From the NCBI RefSeq assembly GCF_003019035.1, contig NZ_CP027447.1: 64,000 nt of DNA, one strand, 5' to 3'. A program made the translations under genes and the position numbers. Of this stretch, positions 37,550-49,736 are shown piece after piece. The notes beneath the pieces are model-generated. The model did not search any database and was not told the origin of the DNA. It saw only the letters and a program-made list of their open reading frames with translations. The DNA is from Escherichia coli (GTDB taxonomy: Bacteria; Pseudomonadota; Gammaproteobacteria; Enterobacterales; Enterobacteriaceae). The stretch's first letter is position 1. Each line of letters starts with the position of its first letter.

Positions 37550-38809
37550 ATGAATCTTACCGAATTAAAGAATACGCCGGTTTCTGAGCTGATCACTCTC
37601 GGCGAAAATATGGGGCTGGAAAACCTGGCTCGTATGCGTAAGCAGGACATTATTTTTGCCATCCTGAAGCAGCACGCAAAGAGTGGCGAAGATATCTTTG
37701 GTGATGGTGTACTGGAGATATTGCAGGATGGATTTGGTTTCCTCCGTTCCGCAGACAGCTCCTACCTCGCCGGTCCTGATGACATCTACGTTTCCCCTAG
37801 CCAAATCCGCCGTTTCAACCTCCGCACTGGTGATACCATCTCTGGTAAGATTCGCCCGCCGAAAGAAGGTGAACGCTATTTTGCGCTGCTGAAAGTTAAC
37901 GAAGTTAACTTCGACAAACCTGAAAACGCCCGCAACAAAATCCTCTTTGAGAACTTAACCCCGCTGCACGCAAACTCTCGTCTGCGTATGGAACGTGGTA
38001 ACGGTTCTACGGAAGATTTAACCGCTCGCGTACTGGATCTGGCATCACCTATCGGTCGTGGTCAGCGTGGTCTGATTGTGGCACCGCCGAAAGCCGGTAA
38101 AACCATGCTGCTGCAGAACATTGCTCAGAGCATTGCTTACAACCACCCGGATTGTGTGCTGATGGTTCTGCTGATCGACGAACGTCCGGAAGAAGTAACC
38201 GAGATGCAGCGTCTGGTAAAAGGTGAAGTTGTTGCTTCTACCTTTGACGAACCCGCATCTCGCCACGTTCAGGTTGCGGAAATGGTGATCGAGAAGGCGA
38301 AACGCCTGGTTGAGCACAAGAAAGACGTTATCATCCTGCTCGACTCCATCACTCGTCTGGCGCGCGCTTACAACACCGTTGTTCCGGCGTCAGGTAAAGT
38401 GCTGACCGGTGGTGTGGACGCCAACGCCCTGCATCGTCCGAAACGCTTCTTCGGTGCGGCGCGTAACGTGGAAGAGGGCGGCAGCCTGACCATTATCGCG
38501 ACGGCGCTTATCGATACCGGTTCTAAAATGGACGAAGTTATCTACGAAGAGTTTAAAGGTACAGGCAACATGGAACTGCACCTCTCTCGTAAGATCGCTG
38601 AAAAACGCGTCTTCCCGGCTATCGACTACAACCGTTCCGGTACCCGTAAAGAAGAGCTGCTCACGACTCAGGAAGAACTGCAGAAAATGTGGATCCTGCG
38701 CAAAATCATTCACCCGATGGGCGAAATCGATGCAATGGAATTCCTCATTAATAAACTGGCAATGACCAAGACCAATGACGATTTCTTCGAAATGATGAAA
38801 CGCTCATAA
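37550..38809 (+). CDS. rho: transcription termination factor Rho
   Basis: recalled protein begins [33 protein letters not shown] at the ATG at 37550; 419 aa. Confidence 0.97.
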
Positions 38810-38824
38810 ATTTGTTTTATGCCA

Positions 38825-38858
38825 AAAACGCCACGTGTTTACGTGGCGTTTTGCTTTT
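38825..38858 (+). terminator. rho-independent terminator after rho
   Basis: AACGCCACGT/ACGTGGCGTT 10 bp stem with GTTT loop, followed by T-rich tail. Confidence 0.85.
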
Positions 38859-39048
38859 ATATCTGTAATCTTAATGCCGCGCTGGCGATGCTAGGAAAAT
38901 TCCTGGAATTTGCTGGTGTGTTATGCAATTTGCATATCAAATGGTTAATTTTTGCACAAGACTGGTGGGTTCGGAACGGACTTTCCCTTCTGAATAAAGG
39001 TCTTCGTGGTTATACTTCTGCTAATAATTTTCTCTGAGAGCATGCATT

Positions 39049-40152
39049 GTGAATTTACTGACAGTGAGTACTGATCTCATCAGTATTTTTTTATTCACGA
39101 CACTGTTTCTGTTTTTTGCCCGTAAGGTGGCAAAAAAAGTCGGTTTAGTGGATAAACCAAACTTCCGCAAACGTCACCAGGGATTGATACCTCTCGTTGG
39201 GGGGATTTCGGTTTACGCAGGGATTTGCTTCACGTTCGGAATTGTCGATTACTATATTCCGCATGCATCTCTCTATCTCGCTTGTGCCGGTGTGCTTGTT
39301 TTCATTGGCGCGCTGGATGACCGTTTTGATATCAGCGTAAAAATCCGTGCCACCATACAGGCCGCTGTTGGCATTGTTATGATGGTGTTCGGCAAACTTT
39401 ATCTCAGTAGCCTGGGTTATATCTTTGGCTCCTGGGAGATGGTGCTCGGACCGTTTGGTTACTTCCTGACGCTATTTGCCGTCTGGGCGGCCATTAATGC
39501 GTTCAACATGGTTGATGGCATTGATGGCTTGCTGGGCGGGTTGTCCTGCGTCTCGTTTGCAGCAATCGGTATGATTTTGTGGTTCGACGGGCAAACCAGT
39601 CTCGCAATCTGGTGCTTTGCGATGATCGCCGCCATCCTGCCATACATCATGCTTAACCTTGGTATCCTGGGTCGCCGTTACAAAGTCTTTATGGGGGATG
39701 CGGGCAGTACGCTGATTGGTTTTACCGTTATCTGGATCCTGCTCGAAACGACCCAGGGCAAAACTCATCCCATCAGCCCGGTTACCGCTTTGTGGATAAT
39801 CGCCATTCCACTAATGGATATGGTGGCGATTATGTACCGTCGCCTGCGTAAAGGCATGAGCCCATTCTCTCCTGACCGTCAGCATATTCACCATTTGATC
39901 ATGCGTGCCGGGTTTACTTCCCGCCAGGCGTTTGTGCTGATTACCCTTGCCGCAGCACTGCTCGCTTCCATTGGCGTGCTGGCAGAATATTCTCATTTTG
40001 TCCCGGAGTGGGTCATGCTGGTGCTCTTTTTGCTAGCATTCTTCCTCTATGGATATTGCATCAAGCGTGCCTGGAAAGTTGCTCGCTTTATTAAGCGCGT
40101 AAAACGCAGACTGCGTAGAAATCGTGGTGGCAGCCCCAATTTAACCAAATAA
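39049..40152 (+). CDS. wecA: UDP-GlcNAc:undecaprenyl-phosphate GlcNAc-1-phosphate transferase
   Basis: 367 aa polytopic membrane protein, GTG start; first gene of the enterobacterial common antigen cluster. Confidence 0.94.
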   Translation: MNLLTVSTDLISIFLFTTLFLFFARKVAKKVGLVDKPNFRKRHQGLIPLVGGISVYAGICFTFGIVDYYIPHASLYLACAGVLVFIGALDDRFDISVKIRATIQAAVGIVMMVFGKLYLSSLGYIFGSWEMVLGPFGYFLTLFAVWAAINAFNMVDGIDGLLGGLSCVSFAAIGMILWFDGQTSLAIWCFAMIAAILPYIMLNLGILGRRYKVFMGDAGSTLIGFTVIWILLETTQGKTHPISPVTALWIIAIPLMDMVAIMYRRLRKGMSPFSPDRQHIHHLIMRAGFTSRQAFVLITLAAALLASIGVLAEYSHFVPEWVMLVLFLLAFFLYGYCIKRAWKVARFIKRVKRRLRRNRGGSPNLTK

Positions 40153-40163
40153 ATGAGGATGTG

Positions 40164-41210
40164 ATGACACAACCAATGCCTGGGAAACCGGCCGAAGACG
40201 CTGAAAATGAACTGGATATTCGTGGGTTGTTTCGTACCTTGTGGGCTGGGAAGCTGTGGATTATTGGCATGGGGCTGGCGTTTGCGTTAATCGCGCTGGC
40301 GTATACTTTTTTTGCTCGCCAGGAGTGGAGCTCGACAGCGATTACCGATCGTCCAACGGTGAATATGCTGGGGGGATATTACTCACAGCAGCAATTTTTG
40401 CGTAACCTCGATGTCCGTTCAAACATGGCTTCTGCCGACCAACCATCGGTCATGGACGAAGCCTATAAAGAGTTTGTTATGCAACTGGCCTCGTGGGATA
40501 CCCGCAGAGAGTTCTGGCTGCAAACCGACTATTACAAACAGCGGATGGTGGGCAATAGCAAAGCCGATGCGGCGTTGCTGGATGAAATGATCAACAACAT
40601 CGTGTTTATTCCCGGTGACTTCACCCGCGCGGTCAATGACAGCGTGAAGCTGATTGCCGAAACTGCGCCTGACGCTAATAACCTGTTACGTCAGTATGTT
40701 GCTTTTGCCAGCCAGCGTGCAGCCAGCCATCTGAATGATGAGCTGAAAGGCGCATGGGCGGCACGCACCATCCAGATGAAAGCTCAGGTGAAGCGTCAGG
40801 AAGAGGTGGCGAAAGCCATCTACGACCGCCGGATGAACAGTATTGAACAGGCGCTGAAAATTGCTGAGCAGCATAATATTTCGCGCAGTGCGACAGATGT
40901 GCCTGCCGAGGAGTTACCTGATTCAGAAATGTTCCTGCTTGGGCGTCCAATGCTCCAGGCTCGACTGGAAAATTTACAGGCCGTCGGTCCGGCCTTTGAT
41001 CTCGACTATGATCAGAATCGGGCCATGTTAAACACCCTGAATGTTGGTCCAACCCTGGATCCGCGTTTTCAGACCTATCGCTATTTGCGTACGCCGGAAG
41101 AACCGGTAAAACGCGATAGCCCACGTCGTGCCTTCCTGATGATTATGTGGGGCATTGTCGGGGGGCTGATCGGGGCTGGTGTCGCATTAACCCGCCGTTG
41201 CTCGAAATAG
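40164..41210 (+). CDS. wzzE: ECA polysaccharide chain-length regulator
   Basis: ORF 40161 (GTG) or 40164 (ATG); 348 aa; N- and C-terminal transmembrane segments. Confidence 0.92.
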   Translation: MTQPMPGKPAEDAENELDIRGLFRTLWAGKLWIIGMGLAFALIALAYTFFARQEWSSTAITDRPTVNMLGGYYSQQQFLRNLDVRSNMASADQPSVMDEAYKEFVMQLASWDTRREFWLQTDYYKQRMVGNSKADAALLDEMINNIVFIPGDFTRAVNDSVKLIAETAPDANNLLRQYVAFASQRAASHLNDELKGAWAARTIQMKAQVKRQEEVAKAIYDRRMNSIEQALKIAEQHNISRSATDVPAEELPDSEMFLLGRPMLQARLENLQAVGPAFDLDYDQNRAMLNTLNVGPTLDPRFQTYRYLRTPEEPVKRDSPRRAFLMIMWGIVGGLIGAGVALTRRCSK

Positions 41211-41265
41211 CAACACTGCTGCGGTGAGCGCAAAGGCGCTCGCCGCTTATTCGAAGAGAATCGAT

Positions 41266-42396
41266 GTGAAAGTACTGACTGTATTTGGTACGCGCCCGGA
41301 AGCCATCAAGATGGCGCCGTTGGTGCATGCGTTGGCAAAAGATCCTTTTTTTGAGGCTAAAGTTTGCGTCACTGCGCAGCATCGGGAGATGCTCGATCAG
41401 GTGCTGAAACTCTTTTCCATTGTACCTGACTACGATCTCAACATAATGCAGCCAGGACAGGGCCTGACAGAGATAACCTGTCGGATTCTGGAAGGGCTAA
41501 AACCAATTCTTGCCGAGTTCAAACCAGACGTCGTGCTGGTTCACGGCGATACTACTACAACGCTGGCAACCAGCCTGGCGGCGTTTTATCAGCGTATTCC
41601 TGTTGGTCACGTTGAGGCTGGTCTGCGCACGGGCGATCTCTATTCGCCGTGGCCGGAAGAGGCTAACCGTACATTGACCGGGCATCTGGCGATGTATCAC
41701 TTCTCTCCAACCGAAACTTCCCGGCAAAACTTGCTGCGTGAAAATGTTGCTGACAGCCGAATCTTCATTACCGGTAATACCGTTATTGATGCACTGTTAT
41801 GGGTGCGTGACCAGGTGATGAGCAGCGATACGCTGCGTTCAGAACTGGCGGCAAATTACCCGTTTATCGACCCCAATAAAAAAATGATTCTGGTGACCGG
41901 TCACAGGCGTGAGAGCTTCGGTCGTGGCTTTGAAGAAATCTGCCATGCGCTGGCAGACATCGCCACCACGCACCAGGACATCCAGATTGTCTATCCAGTG
42001 CATCTCAACCCGAACGTCAGAGAGCCGGTCAATCGCATTCTGGGGCACGTGAAAAATGTCATTCTGATCGATCCCCAGGAGTATTTACCGTTTGTCTGGC
42101 TGATGAACCACGCCTGGCTGATTTTGACCGACTCAGGCGGCATTCAGGAAGAAGCGCCTTCGCTGGGGAAACCGGTGCTGGTAATGCGCGATACCACTGA
42201 GCGTCCGGAAGCGGTGACGGCGGGTACGGTGCGTCTGGTAGGCACGGATAAGCAGCGAATTGTCGAGGAAGTGACGCGTCTTTTAAAAGACGAAAACGAA
42301 TATCAAGCTATGAGCCGCGCCCATAACCCGTATGGTGATGGTCAGGCATGCTCTCGCATTCTGGAAGCGTTAAAAAATAATCGGATATCACTATGA
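41266..42396 (+). CDS. wecB: UDP-N-acetylglucosamine 2-epimerase
   Basis: ORF track N-extended; recalled protein begins (M)[17 protein letters not shown] from the GTG at 41266; 376 aa. Confidence 0.92.
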   Translation: MKVLTVFGTRPEAIKMAPLVHALAKDPFFEAKVCVTAQHREMLDQVLKLFSIVPDYDLNIMQPGQGLTEITCRILEGLKPILAEFKPDVVLVHGDTTTTLATSLAAFYQRIPVGHVEAGLRTGDLYSPWPEEANRTLTGHLAMYHFSPTETSRQNLLRENVADSRIFITGNTVIDALLWVRDQVMSSDTLRSELAANYPFIDPNKKMILVTGHRRESFGRGFEEICHALADIATTHQDIQIVYPVHLNPNVREPVNRILGHVKNVILIDPQEYLPFVWLMNHAWLILTDSGGIQEEAPSLGKPVLVMRDTTERPEAVTAGTVRLVGTDKQRIVEEVTRLLKDENEYQAMSRAHNPYGDGQACSRILEALKNNRISL

Positions 42397-43655
42397 GTTT
42401 TGCGACCATTTCTGTTATCGGACTGGGTTACATCGGGCTGCCTACAGCAGCTGCGTTTGCCTCTCGGCAAAAACAGGTGATTGGTGTCGATATCAACCAA
42501 CATGCGGTTGATACCATCAATCGTGGCGAAATCCATATCGTCGAACCTGATTTGGCGAGCGTAGTAAAAACTGCCGTAGAAGGCGGTTTTTTACGAGCGA
42601 GCACGACGCCAGTTGAAGCGGATGCCTGGCTGATTGCTGTACCCACGCCGTTTAAAGGCGATCATGAGCCAGATATGACCTACGTTGAATCGGCTGCTCG
42701 CTCCATTGCGCCAGTGCTGAAAAAAGGCGCGCTGGTGATCCTTGAATCCACCTCGCCGGTGGGGTCAACCGAGAAGATGGCAGAATGGTTAGCAGAGATG
42801 CGTCCAGATCTCACTTTCCCACAGCAGGTGGGCGAGTTGGCGGACGTCAACATTGCTTACTGCCCGGAACGCGTGTTACCGGGCCAGGTTATGGTCGAGC
42901 TGATTAAAAACGATCGCGTGATTGGTGGTATGACGCCGGTTTGTTCGGCCCGCGCCAGCGAACTGTACAAAATTTTCCTCGAAGGTGAGTGTGTCGTCAC
43001 TAACTCGCGGACGGCGGAAATGTGTAAGCTCACCGAAAACAGCTTCCGCGATGTGAATATCGCTTTTGCTAACGAACTGTCGCTGATTTGTGCCGATCAG
43101 GGAATTAACGTCTGGGAACTGATTCGCCTGGCGAATCGTCACCCTCGCGTTAATATTCTTCAGCCTGGTCCTGGCGTGGGCGGTCACTGCATTGCTGTTG
43201 ATCCGTGGTTTATCGTGGCACAGAACCCGCAGCAGGCGCGGCTTATCCGTACCGCGCGCGAAGTGAACGATCACAAACCGTTCTGGGTTATCGATCAGGT
43301 GAAAGCGGCGGTTGCCGACTGCCTTGCTGCTACCGATAAACGCGCCAGTGAACTGAAAATCGCCTGCTTTGGTCTGGCGTTTAAACCGAATATTGATGAC
43401 CTGCGCGAAAGCCCGGCGATGGAAATCGCTGAACTGATCGCCCAGTGGCATAGCGGCGAAACGCTGGTTGTTGAGCCTAACATCCACCAGTTGCCGAAAA
43501 AACTGACCGGGCTTTGTACTCTGGCGCAGCTTGACGAGGCGCTGGCAACGGCAGACGTGCTGGTGATGCTGGTCGATCATAGTCAGTTCAAAGTTATCAA
43601 TGGCGACAATGTCCATCAGCAGTATGTCGTCGATGCCAAAGGAGTTTGGCGCTGA
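42393..43655 (+). CDS. wecC: UDP-N-acetyl-D-mannosamine dehydrogenase
   Basis: 420 aa; N-terminal Rossmann motif [10 protein letters not shown]; overlaps the wecB stop. Confidence 0.94.
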   Translation: MSFATISVIGLGYIGLPTAAAFASRQKQVIGVDINQHAVDTINRGEIHIVEPDLASVVKTAVEGGFLRASTTPVEADAWLIAVPTPFKGDHEPDMTYVESAARSIAPVLKKGALVILESTSPVGSTEKMAEWLAEMRPDLTFPQQVGELADVNIAYCPERVLPGQVMVELIKNDRVIGGMTPVCSARASELYKIFLEGECVVTNSRTAEMCKLTENSFRDVNIAFANELSLICADQGINVWELIRLANRHPRVNILQPGPGVGGHCIAVDPWFIVAQNPQQARLIRTAREVNDHKPFWVIDQVKAAVADCLAATDKRASELKIACFGLAFKPNIDDLRESPAMEIAELIAQWHSGETLVVEPNIHQLPKKLTGLCTLAQLDEALATADVLVMLVDHSQFKVINGDNVHQQYVVDAKGVWR

Positions 43656-44722
43656 TGAGAAAGATTCTGATAACAGGTGGTGCCGGGTTTATTGGCTCGG
43701 CGCTGGTGCGTTATATCATCAACGAAACGAGCGACGCGGTGGTAGTGGTCGATAAGCTGACCTACGCCGGAAACCTGATGTCGCTGGCACCGGTCGCGCA
43801 AAGCGAGCGCTTTGCCTTTGATAAAGTTGATATCTGCGATCGGGCAGAACTGGCGCGCGTATTCACTGAGCATCAGCCAGACTGTGTCATGCATCTGGCA
43901 GCCGAAAGCCATGTTGACCGTTCTATTGACGGCCCGGCAGCGTTTATTGAAACCAACATTGTCGGGACTTATACATTGCTTGAAGCGGCGCGGACTTACT
44001 GGAATGCGCTGACGGAAGATAAAAAATCAGCGTTCCGTTTTCATCATATCTCCACCGACGAAGTATATGGTGACCTGCACTCGACGGATGATTTCTTCAC
44101 CGAAACCACGCCGTATGCGCCGAGTAGCCCTTATTCCGCGTCAAAAGCCAGCAGCGACCATCTGGTGCGCGCCTGGCTGCGGACCTATGGTCTGCCGACG
44201 CTGATCACCAACTGCTCGAATAACTACGGTCCTTACCACTTTCCGGAAAAACTGATCCCGCTGATGATCCTCAACGCGCTGGCGGGTAAACCGCTGCCGG
44301 TATATGGCAACGGGCAGCAAATCCGTGACTGGCTGTATGTGGAAGATCACGCCCGCGCGCTGTATTGCGTGGCGACCACCGGGAAAGTCGGTGAAACCTA
44401 TAATATTGGTGGTCACAACGAGCGTAAGAATCTCGATGTTGTGGAAACCATTTGCGAGCTGCTGGAAGAACTGGCTCCGAACAAGCCGCACGGCGTGGCG
44501 CACTATCGTGACCTGATCACCTTTGTCGCTGACCGTCCGGGGCATGATCTGCGTTATGCCATTGATGCTTCGAAAATTGCCCGTGAACTTGGCTGGCTGC
44601 CGCAGGAAACCTTTGAAAGTGGAATGCGTAAAACGGTGCAGTGGTATCTGGCTAATGAAATCTGGTGGAAGCAGGTGCAGGACGGCAGCTATCAGGGCGA
44701 GCGTTTAGGTCTGAAAGGCTAA
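43655..44722 (+). CDS. rffG: dTDP-glucose 4,6-dehydratase
   Basis: starts [15 protein letters not shown] at the ATG overlapping the wecC TGA; 355 aa. Confidence 0.94.
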   Translation: MRKILITGGAGFIGSALVRYIINETSDAVVVVDKLTYAGNLMSLAPVAQSERFAFDKVDICDRAELARVFTEHQPDCVMHLAAESHVDRSIDGPAAFIETNIVGTYTLLEAARTYWNALTEDKKSAFRFHHISTDEVYGDLHSTDDFFTETTPYAPSSPYSASKASSDHLVRAWLRTYGLPTLITNCSNNYGPYHFPEKLIPLMILNALAGKPLPVYGNGQQIRDWLYVEDHARALYCVATTGKVGETYNIGGHNERKNLDVVETICELLEELAPNKPHGVAHYRDLITFVADRPGHDLRYAIDASKIARELGWLPQETFESGMRKTVQWYLANEIWWKQVQDGSYQGERLGLKG

Positions 44723-44740
44723 TTTTCAGCGGAGGCAGAC

Positions 44741-45622
44741 ATGAAAGGTATTATCCTGGCGGGCGGTTCCGGCACCCGATTGCATCCGATTACGCGCGGC
44801 GTATCGAAGCAACTGTTGCCGATTTACGATAAGCCAATGATTTACTATCCGCTGTCGGTGCTGATGCTGGCCGGTATCCGCGAAATTCTCATCATTACTA
44901 CGCCGGAAGATAAAGGTTATTTCCAGCGCCTGCTGGGTGACGGCAGTGAGTTCGGTATCCAGCTGGAATATGCCGAACAGCCCAGTCCGGACGGTCTGGC
45001 GCAGGCCTTTATCATCGGTGAAACCTTCCTCAACGGTGAACCTTCTTGTCTGGTGCTGGGCGATAACATCTTCTTCGGACAGGGCTTCAGTCCGAAGCTG
45101 CGTCATGTTGCGGCGCGCACGGAAGGGGCGACGGTATTTGGCTATCAGGTAATGGACCCGGAACGCTTTGGCGTCGTGGAGTTTGACGACAATTTCCGCG
45201 CTATCTCGCTGGAAGAAAAGCCAAAACAGCCGAAGTCAAACTGGGCGGTGACCGGACTTTATTTCTACGACAGTAAAGTCGTGGAGTACGCAAAGCAGGT
45301 GAAGCCGTCGGAGCGTGGTGAACTGGAGATTACCTCCATCAACCAGATGTACCTCGAGGCGGGCAACCTGACCGTTGAACTGCTCGGGCGCGGATTTGCC
45401 TGGCTGGACACTGGCACTCACGACAGCCTGATTGAAGCCAGTACCTTTGTACAGACGGTAGAAAAACGCCAGGGCTTTAAGATTGCCTGCCTGGAAGAGA
45501 TTGCCTGGCGTAACGGCTGGCTCGATGACGAGGGTGTGAAGCGTGCTGCCAGTTCATTAGCGAAAACCGGCTACGGCCAATATCTGCTGGAGTTACTTCG
45601 TGCCCGTCCGCGCCAGTATTGA
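44741..45622 (+). CDS. rffH: glucose-1-phosphate thymidylyltransferase
   Basis: 293 aa; N-terminal GGSGTRL nucleotidyltransferase motif. Confidence 0.94.
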   Translation: MKGIILAGGSGTRLHPITRGVSKQLLPIYDKPMIYYPLSVLMLAGIREILIITTPEDKGYFQRLLGDGSEFGIQLEYAEQPSPDGLAQAFIIGETFLNGEPSCLVLGDNIFFGQGFSPKLRHVAARTEGATVFGYQVMDPERFGVVEFDDNFRAISLEEKPKQPKSNWAVTGLYFYDSKVVEYAKQVKPSERGELEITSINQMYLEAGNLTVELLGRGFAWLDTGTHDSLIEASTFVQTVEKRQGFKIACLEEIAWRNGWLDDEGVKRAASSLAKTGYGQYLLELLRARPRQY

Positions 45623-46274
45623 GCCACTAACCTGGGAAAACGCCTTCTTTGGTGTTAACAGCGCCATTGTGCGTATTAGTCCTGACGCGGCACTCCTGAC
45701 GCCAGACGCCTTAGCGCCGTGGTCACGGGTGCAGGCCAAAATTGCGGCATCAAATACGGGTGAACTGGATGCCCTGCAACAGCTGGGATTCTCCCTGGTA
45801 GAAGGTGAAGTTGATTTGGCGCTACCCGTGAACAATGTCAGTGATAGTGGTGCAGTAGTGGCACAAGAGACCGATATTCCCGCATTACGTCAGTTAGCCA
45901 GCGCCGCATTTGCGCAAAGCCGTTTTCGTGCGCCGTGGTATGCGCCTGACGCCAGCGGTCGCTTTTATGCACAGTGGATTGAAAATGCCGTGCGCGGCAC
46001 CTTTGATCATCAATGTCTGATTTTACGTGCGGCGTCCGGCGATATTCGCGGTTATGTCTCTTTACGGGAACTCAATGCGACAGATGCGCGAATTGGCCTG
46101 CTGGCTGGACGTGGTGCAGGTGCTGAGCTGATGCAAACGGCGCTAAACTGGGCGTATGCTCGCGGTAAAACAACTTTGCGGGTGGCGACCCAAATGGGCA
46201 ACACCGCCGCGCTTAAACGATACATACAAAGTGGTGCGAATGTAGAAAGCACCGCGTACTGGTTATACAGGTGA
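45600..46274 (+). CDS. wecD: dTDP-fucosamine acetyltransferase
   Basis: 224 aa from a GTG start that overlaps the rffH 3' end; GNAT-like C-terminus. Confidence 0.85.
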   Translation: MPVRASIEPLTWENAFFGVNSAIVRISPDAALLTPDALAPWSRVQAKIAASNTGELDALQQLGFSLVEGEVDLALPVNNVSDSGAVVAQETDIPALRQLASAAFAQSRFRAPWYAPDASGRFYAQWIENAVRGTFDHQCLILRAASGDIRGYVSLRELNATDARIGLLAGRGAGAELMQTALNWAYARGKTTLRVATQMGNTAALKRYIQSGANVESTAYWLYR

Positions 46275-46278
46275 TCAC

Positions 46279-47409
46279 ATGATTCCATTTAACGCACCGC
46301 CGGTGGTGGGAACCGAACTCGACTATATGCAGTCGGCAATGGGTAGCGGCAAACTGTGCGGCGATGGTGGTTTTACCCGTCGCTGCCAGCAGTGGCTGGA
46401 GCAACGTTTTGGCAGCGCCAAAGTGTTACTGACGCCATCCTGCACCGCTTCGCTGGAGATGGCGGCGCTGCTGCTCGATATCCAGCCTGGCGATGAAGTG
46501 ATCATGCCGAGCTACACCTTTGTCTCCACCGCCAATGCCTTTGTGCTGCGTGGCGCGAAAATCGTCTTTGTGGATGTTCGCCCGGACACCATGAACATCG
46601 ACGAAACGCTGATTGAAGCGGCGATCACCGACAAAACGCGCGTTATCGTGCCGGTCCATTACGCGGGTGTGGCCTGCGAAATGGACACTATTATGGCGTT
46701 GGCGAAGAAGCATAATCTATTTGTGGTGGAAGATGCCGCTCAGGGCGTGATGTCCACTTACAAAGGGCGTGCGCTGGGAACCATTGGTCATATTGGCTGC
46801 TTTAGCTTCCATGAAACCAAAAACTACACGGCGGGTGGTGAAGGCGGCGCGACGCTGATTAACGATAAAGCGTTGATCGAACGAGCCGAGATCATCCGTG
46901 AAAAAGGCACAAACCGCAGCCAGTTCTTCCGTGGTCAGGTCGATAAATATACCTGGCGCGATATTGGCTCCAGCTATTTGATGTCCGATCTGCAAGCAGC
47001 GTACCTTTGGGCGCAACTGGAAGCCGCTGAACGTATCAATCAGCAGCGTCTGGCGCTGTGGCAAAACTACTACGATGCACTGGCGCCTCTGGCAAAAAAT
47101 GGGCGTATCGAGCTGCCGTCGATTCCCGATGGCTGCGTGCAGAACGCGCATATGTTCTACATTAAACTGCGGGATATTGATGACCGGAGCGCGTTGATTA
47201 ACTTTCTGAAAGAAGCGGAAATCATGGCGGTGTTCCATTACATTCCGCTGCACGGTTGCCCTGCGGGGGAGCGCTTTGGTGAGTTCCACGGTGAAGATCG
47301 CTACACCACCAAAGAGAGCGAGCGCCTGGTGCGCCTGCCGTTGTTCTACAACCTGTCGCCCGTCAATCAGCGCACGGTAATTGCGACCTTGTTGAACTAC
47401 TTCTCCTGA
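46279..47409 (+). CDS. wecE: dTDP-4-amino-4,6-dideoxygalactose transaminase
   Basis: 376 aa; DegT/DnrJ/EryC1-type aminotransferase. Confidence 0.93.
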   Translation: MIPFNAPPVVGTELDYMQSAMGSGKLCGDGGFTRRCQQWLEQRFGSAKVLLTPSCTASLEMAALLLDIQPGDEVIMPSYTFVSTANAFVLRGAKIVFVDVRPDTMNIDETLIEAAITDKTRVIVPVHYAGVACEMDTIMALAKKHNLFVVEDAAQGVMSTYKGRALGTIGHIGCFSFHETKNYTAGGEGGATLINDKALIERAEIIREKGTNRSQFFRGQVDKYTWRDIGSSYLMSDLQAAYLWAQLEAAERINQQRLALWQNYYDALAPLAKNGRIELPSIPDGCVQNAHMFYIKLRDIDDRSALINFLKEAEIMAVFHYIPLHGCPAGERFGEFHGEDRYTTKESERLVRLPLFYNLSPVNQRTVIATLLNYFS

Positions 47410-47410
47410 T

Positions 47411-48661
47411 ATGTCGTTGGCAAAAGCGTCCTTGTGGACGGCGGCCAGTACACTGGTCAAGATTGGTGCCGGGTTACTGGTCGGTAAGTTGCTGGCGGTG
47501 TCATTTGGTCCTGCGGGGCTTGGGCTGGCGGCAAATTTCCGCCAGTTGATTACCGTGCTCGGCGTGCTTGCCGGGGCGGGCATCTTTAATGGCGTAACCA
47601 AATACGTTGCTCAGTACCATGATAATCCGCAGCAGCTGCGTCGCGTGGTCGGCACTTCATCAGCGATGGTACTTGGTTTCTCTACGCTGATGGCGCTGGT
47701 TTTTGTGCTGGCAGCAGCGCCAATCAGCCAGGGATTGTTTGGTAATACCGACTATCAGGGGCTGGTACGTTTAGTGGCGCTGGTGCAAATGGGGATTGCC
47801 TGGGGCAACCTGTTACTGGCGTTGATGAAAGGCTTTCGCGATGCCGCAGGTAATGCGTTATCTCTGATTGTCGGCAGCTTGATTGGCGTTCTCGCGTACT
47901 ACGTCAGTTACCGTTTGGGCGGTTATGAAGGGGCGTTGCTGGGGCTGGCGTTGATTCCCGCGCTGGTGGTGATTCCTGCCGTCATCATGCTAATTAAGCG
48001 TGGTGCAATCCCGTTAAGCTATCTGAAACCCAGCTGGGATAACGGCCTGGCAGGGCAGTTGAGCAAATTTACGCTCATGGCGTTGATTACGTCGGTAACC
48101 TTGCCTGTTGCTTACATCATGATGCGTAAACTGCTGGCGGCGCAGTATAGCTGGGATGAAGTGGGGATCTGGCAAGGGGTGAGCAGTATTTCCGATGCCT
48201 ACCTGCAATTTATTACGGCATCGTTCAGCGTATATTTGCTGCCCACGTTGTCGCGGCTAACGGAAAAGCGCGATATCACCCGGGAAGTGGTTAAATCGCT
48301 GAAATTCGTCTTACCGGCAGTGGCGGCGGCGAGTTTTACCGTCTGGTTGCTGCGTGATTTTGCTATCTGGCTGCTGTTGTCGAATAAATTTACCGCTATG
48401 CGCGATCTCTTTGCCTGGCAGTTGGTAGGTGATGTGTTAAAAGTGGGCGCTTATGTCTTTGGTTATCTGGTGATCGCCAAAGCGTCACTGCGGTTTTATA
48501 TTCTGGCGGAAGTCAGCCAGTTCACTTTATTGATGGTATTTGCCCACTGGCTAATCCCTGCGCATGGTGCACTGGGCGCGGCGCAGGCCTATATGGCAAC
48601 TTATATCGTCTATTTTTCTCTTTGTTGTGGCGTGTTTTTACTCTGGCGTAGGCGGGCATGA
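47411..48661 (+). CDS. wzxE: ECA lipid III flippase
   Basis: 416 aa polytopic membrane protein in the conserved position. Confidence 0.92.
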   Translation: MSLAKASLWTAASTLVKIGAGLLVGKLLAVSFGPAGLGLAANFRQLITVLGVLAGAGIFNGVTKYVAQYHDNPQQLRRVVGTSSAMVLGFSTLMALVFVLAAAPISQGLFGNTDYQGLVRLVALVQMGIAWGNLLLALMKGFRDAAGNALSLIVGSLIGVLAYYVSYRLGGYEGALLGLALIPALVVIPAVIMLIKRGAIPLSYLKPSWDNGLAGQLSKFTLMALITSVTLPVAYIMMRKLLAAQYSWDEVGIWQGVSSISDAYLQFITASFSVYLLPTLSRLTEKRDITREVVKSLKFVLPAVAAASFTVWLLRDFAIWLLLSNKFTAMRDLFAWQLVGDVLKVGAYVFGYLVIAKASLRFYILAEVSQFTLLMVFAHWLIPAHGALGAAQAYMATYIVYFSLCCGVFLLWRRRA

Positions 48662-49736
48662 CTGTACTGATTCACGTACTGGGATCGGATATCCCTCACC
48701 ATAACCGAACCGTTCTGCGGTTTTTCAACGACGCGCTGGCCGCGACGAGCGAGCACGCGCGCGAGTTTATGGTTGTTGGCAAGGACGACGGCTTAAGTGA
48801 TAGCTGTCCGGCGCTTTCTGTGCAATTTTTCCCTGGGAAAAAATCGCTGGCGGAAGCGGTCATCGCGAAAGCAAAAGCTAACCGTCAGCAGCGATTTTTT
48901 TTCCACGGTCAGTTCAATCCCACACTGTGGCTGGCTCTGCTGAGTGGTGGCATTAAGCCCAGCCAGTTTTACTGGCATATCTGGGGGCAGACCTGTACGA
49001 ACTTTCCAGTGGCTTGAGATATAAGTTTTTTTACCCGCTACGTCGCCTGGCGCAAAAGCGAGTCGGCTGTGTATTTGCCACCCGCGGTGATTTGAGCTTT
49101 TTTGCCAAAACGCACCCAAAGGTGCGGGGCGAACTGCTGTACTTCCCGACGCGGATGGACCCTTCTCTCAATACGATGGCGAACGATCGGCAACGTGAAG
49201 GGAAAATGACCATTCTGGTGGGCAACTCCGGCGACCGCAGCAATGAGCATATTGCTGCCTTGCGCGCCGTTCATCAGCAATTTGGCGATACGGTAAAAGT
49301 GGTGGTGCCGATGGGATATCCGCCTAATAACGAAGCGTACATCGAGGAAGTTCGTCAGGCGGGGCTGGAGTTATTCAGCGAAGAAAATCTGCAAGTTCTG
49401 AGCGAAAAACTGGAATTTGACGCCTATCTGACGCTACTTCGTCAGTGCGATCTTGGTTACTTTATTTTTGCCCGCCAGCAGGGCATTGGTACGCTGTGCT
49501 TACTGATTCAGGCGGGCATTCCTTGTGTGCTTAACCGGGAAAATCCGTTCTGGCAGGATATGACGGAACAACATTTGCCGGTGCTGTTTACTACCGACGA
49601 TCTCAACGAGGATATTGTGCGTGAAGCGCAGCGCCAGCTGGCGTCGGTGGATAAAAACACCATTGCCTTCTTTAGCCCGAACTATCTGCAAGGCTGGCAG
49701 CGGGCGTTGGCGATTGCCACCGGGGAGGTCGCATGA
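48658..49736 (+). pseudogene. wecF: TDP-Fuc4NAc:lipid II Fuc4NAc transferase WecF, reading frame split by a 1 bp deletion at the G run 48983-48987
   Basis: two ORFs (119 aa, 48658..49017, and 240 aa, 49014..49736) together equal the roughly 359 aa WecF; the N-terminal frame reads [14 protein letters not shown]-stop, while the upstream continuation of the second frame reads [15 protein letters not shown]. Confidence 0.8.
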
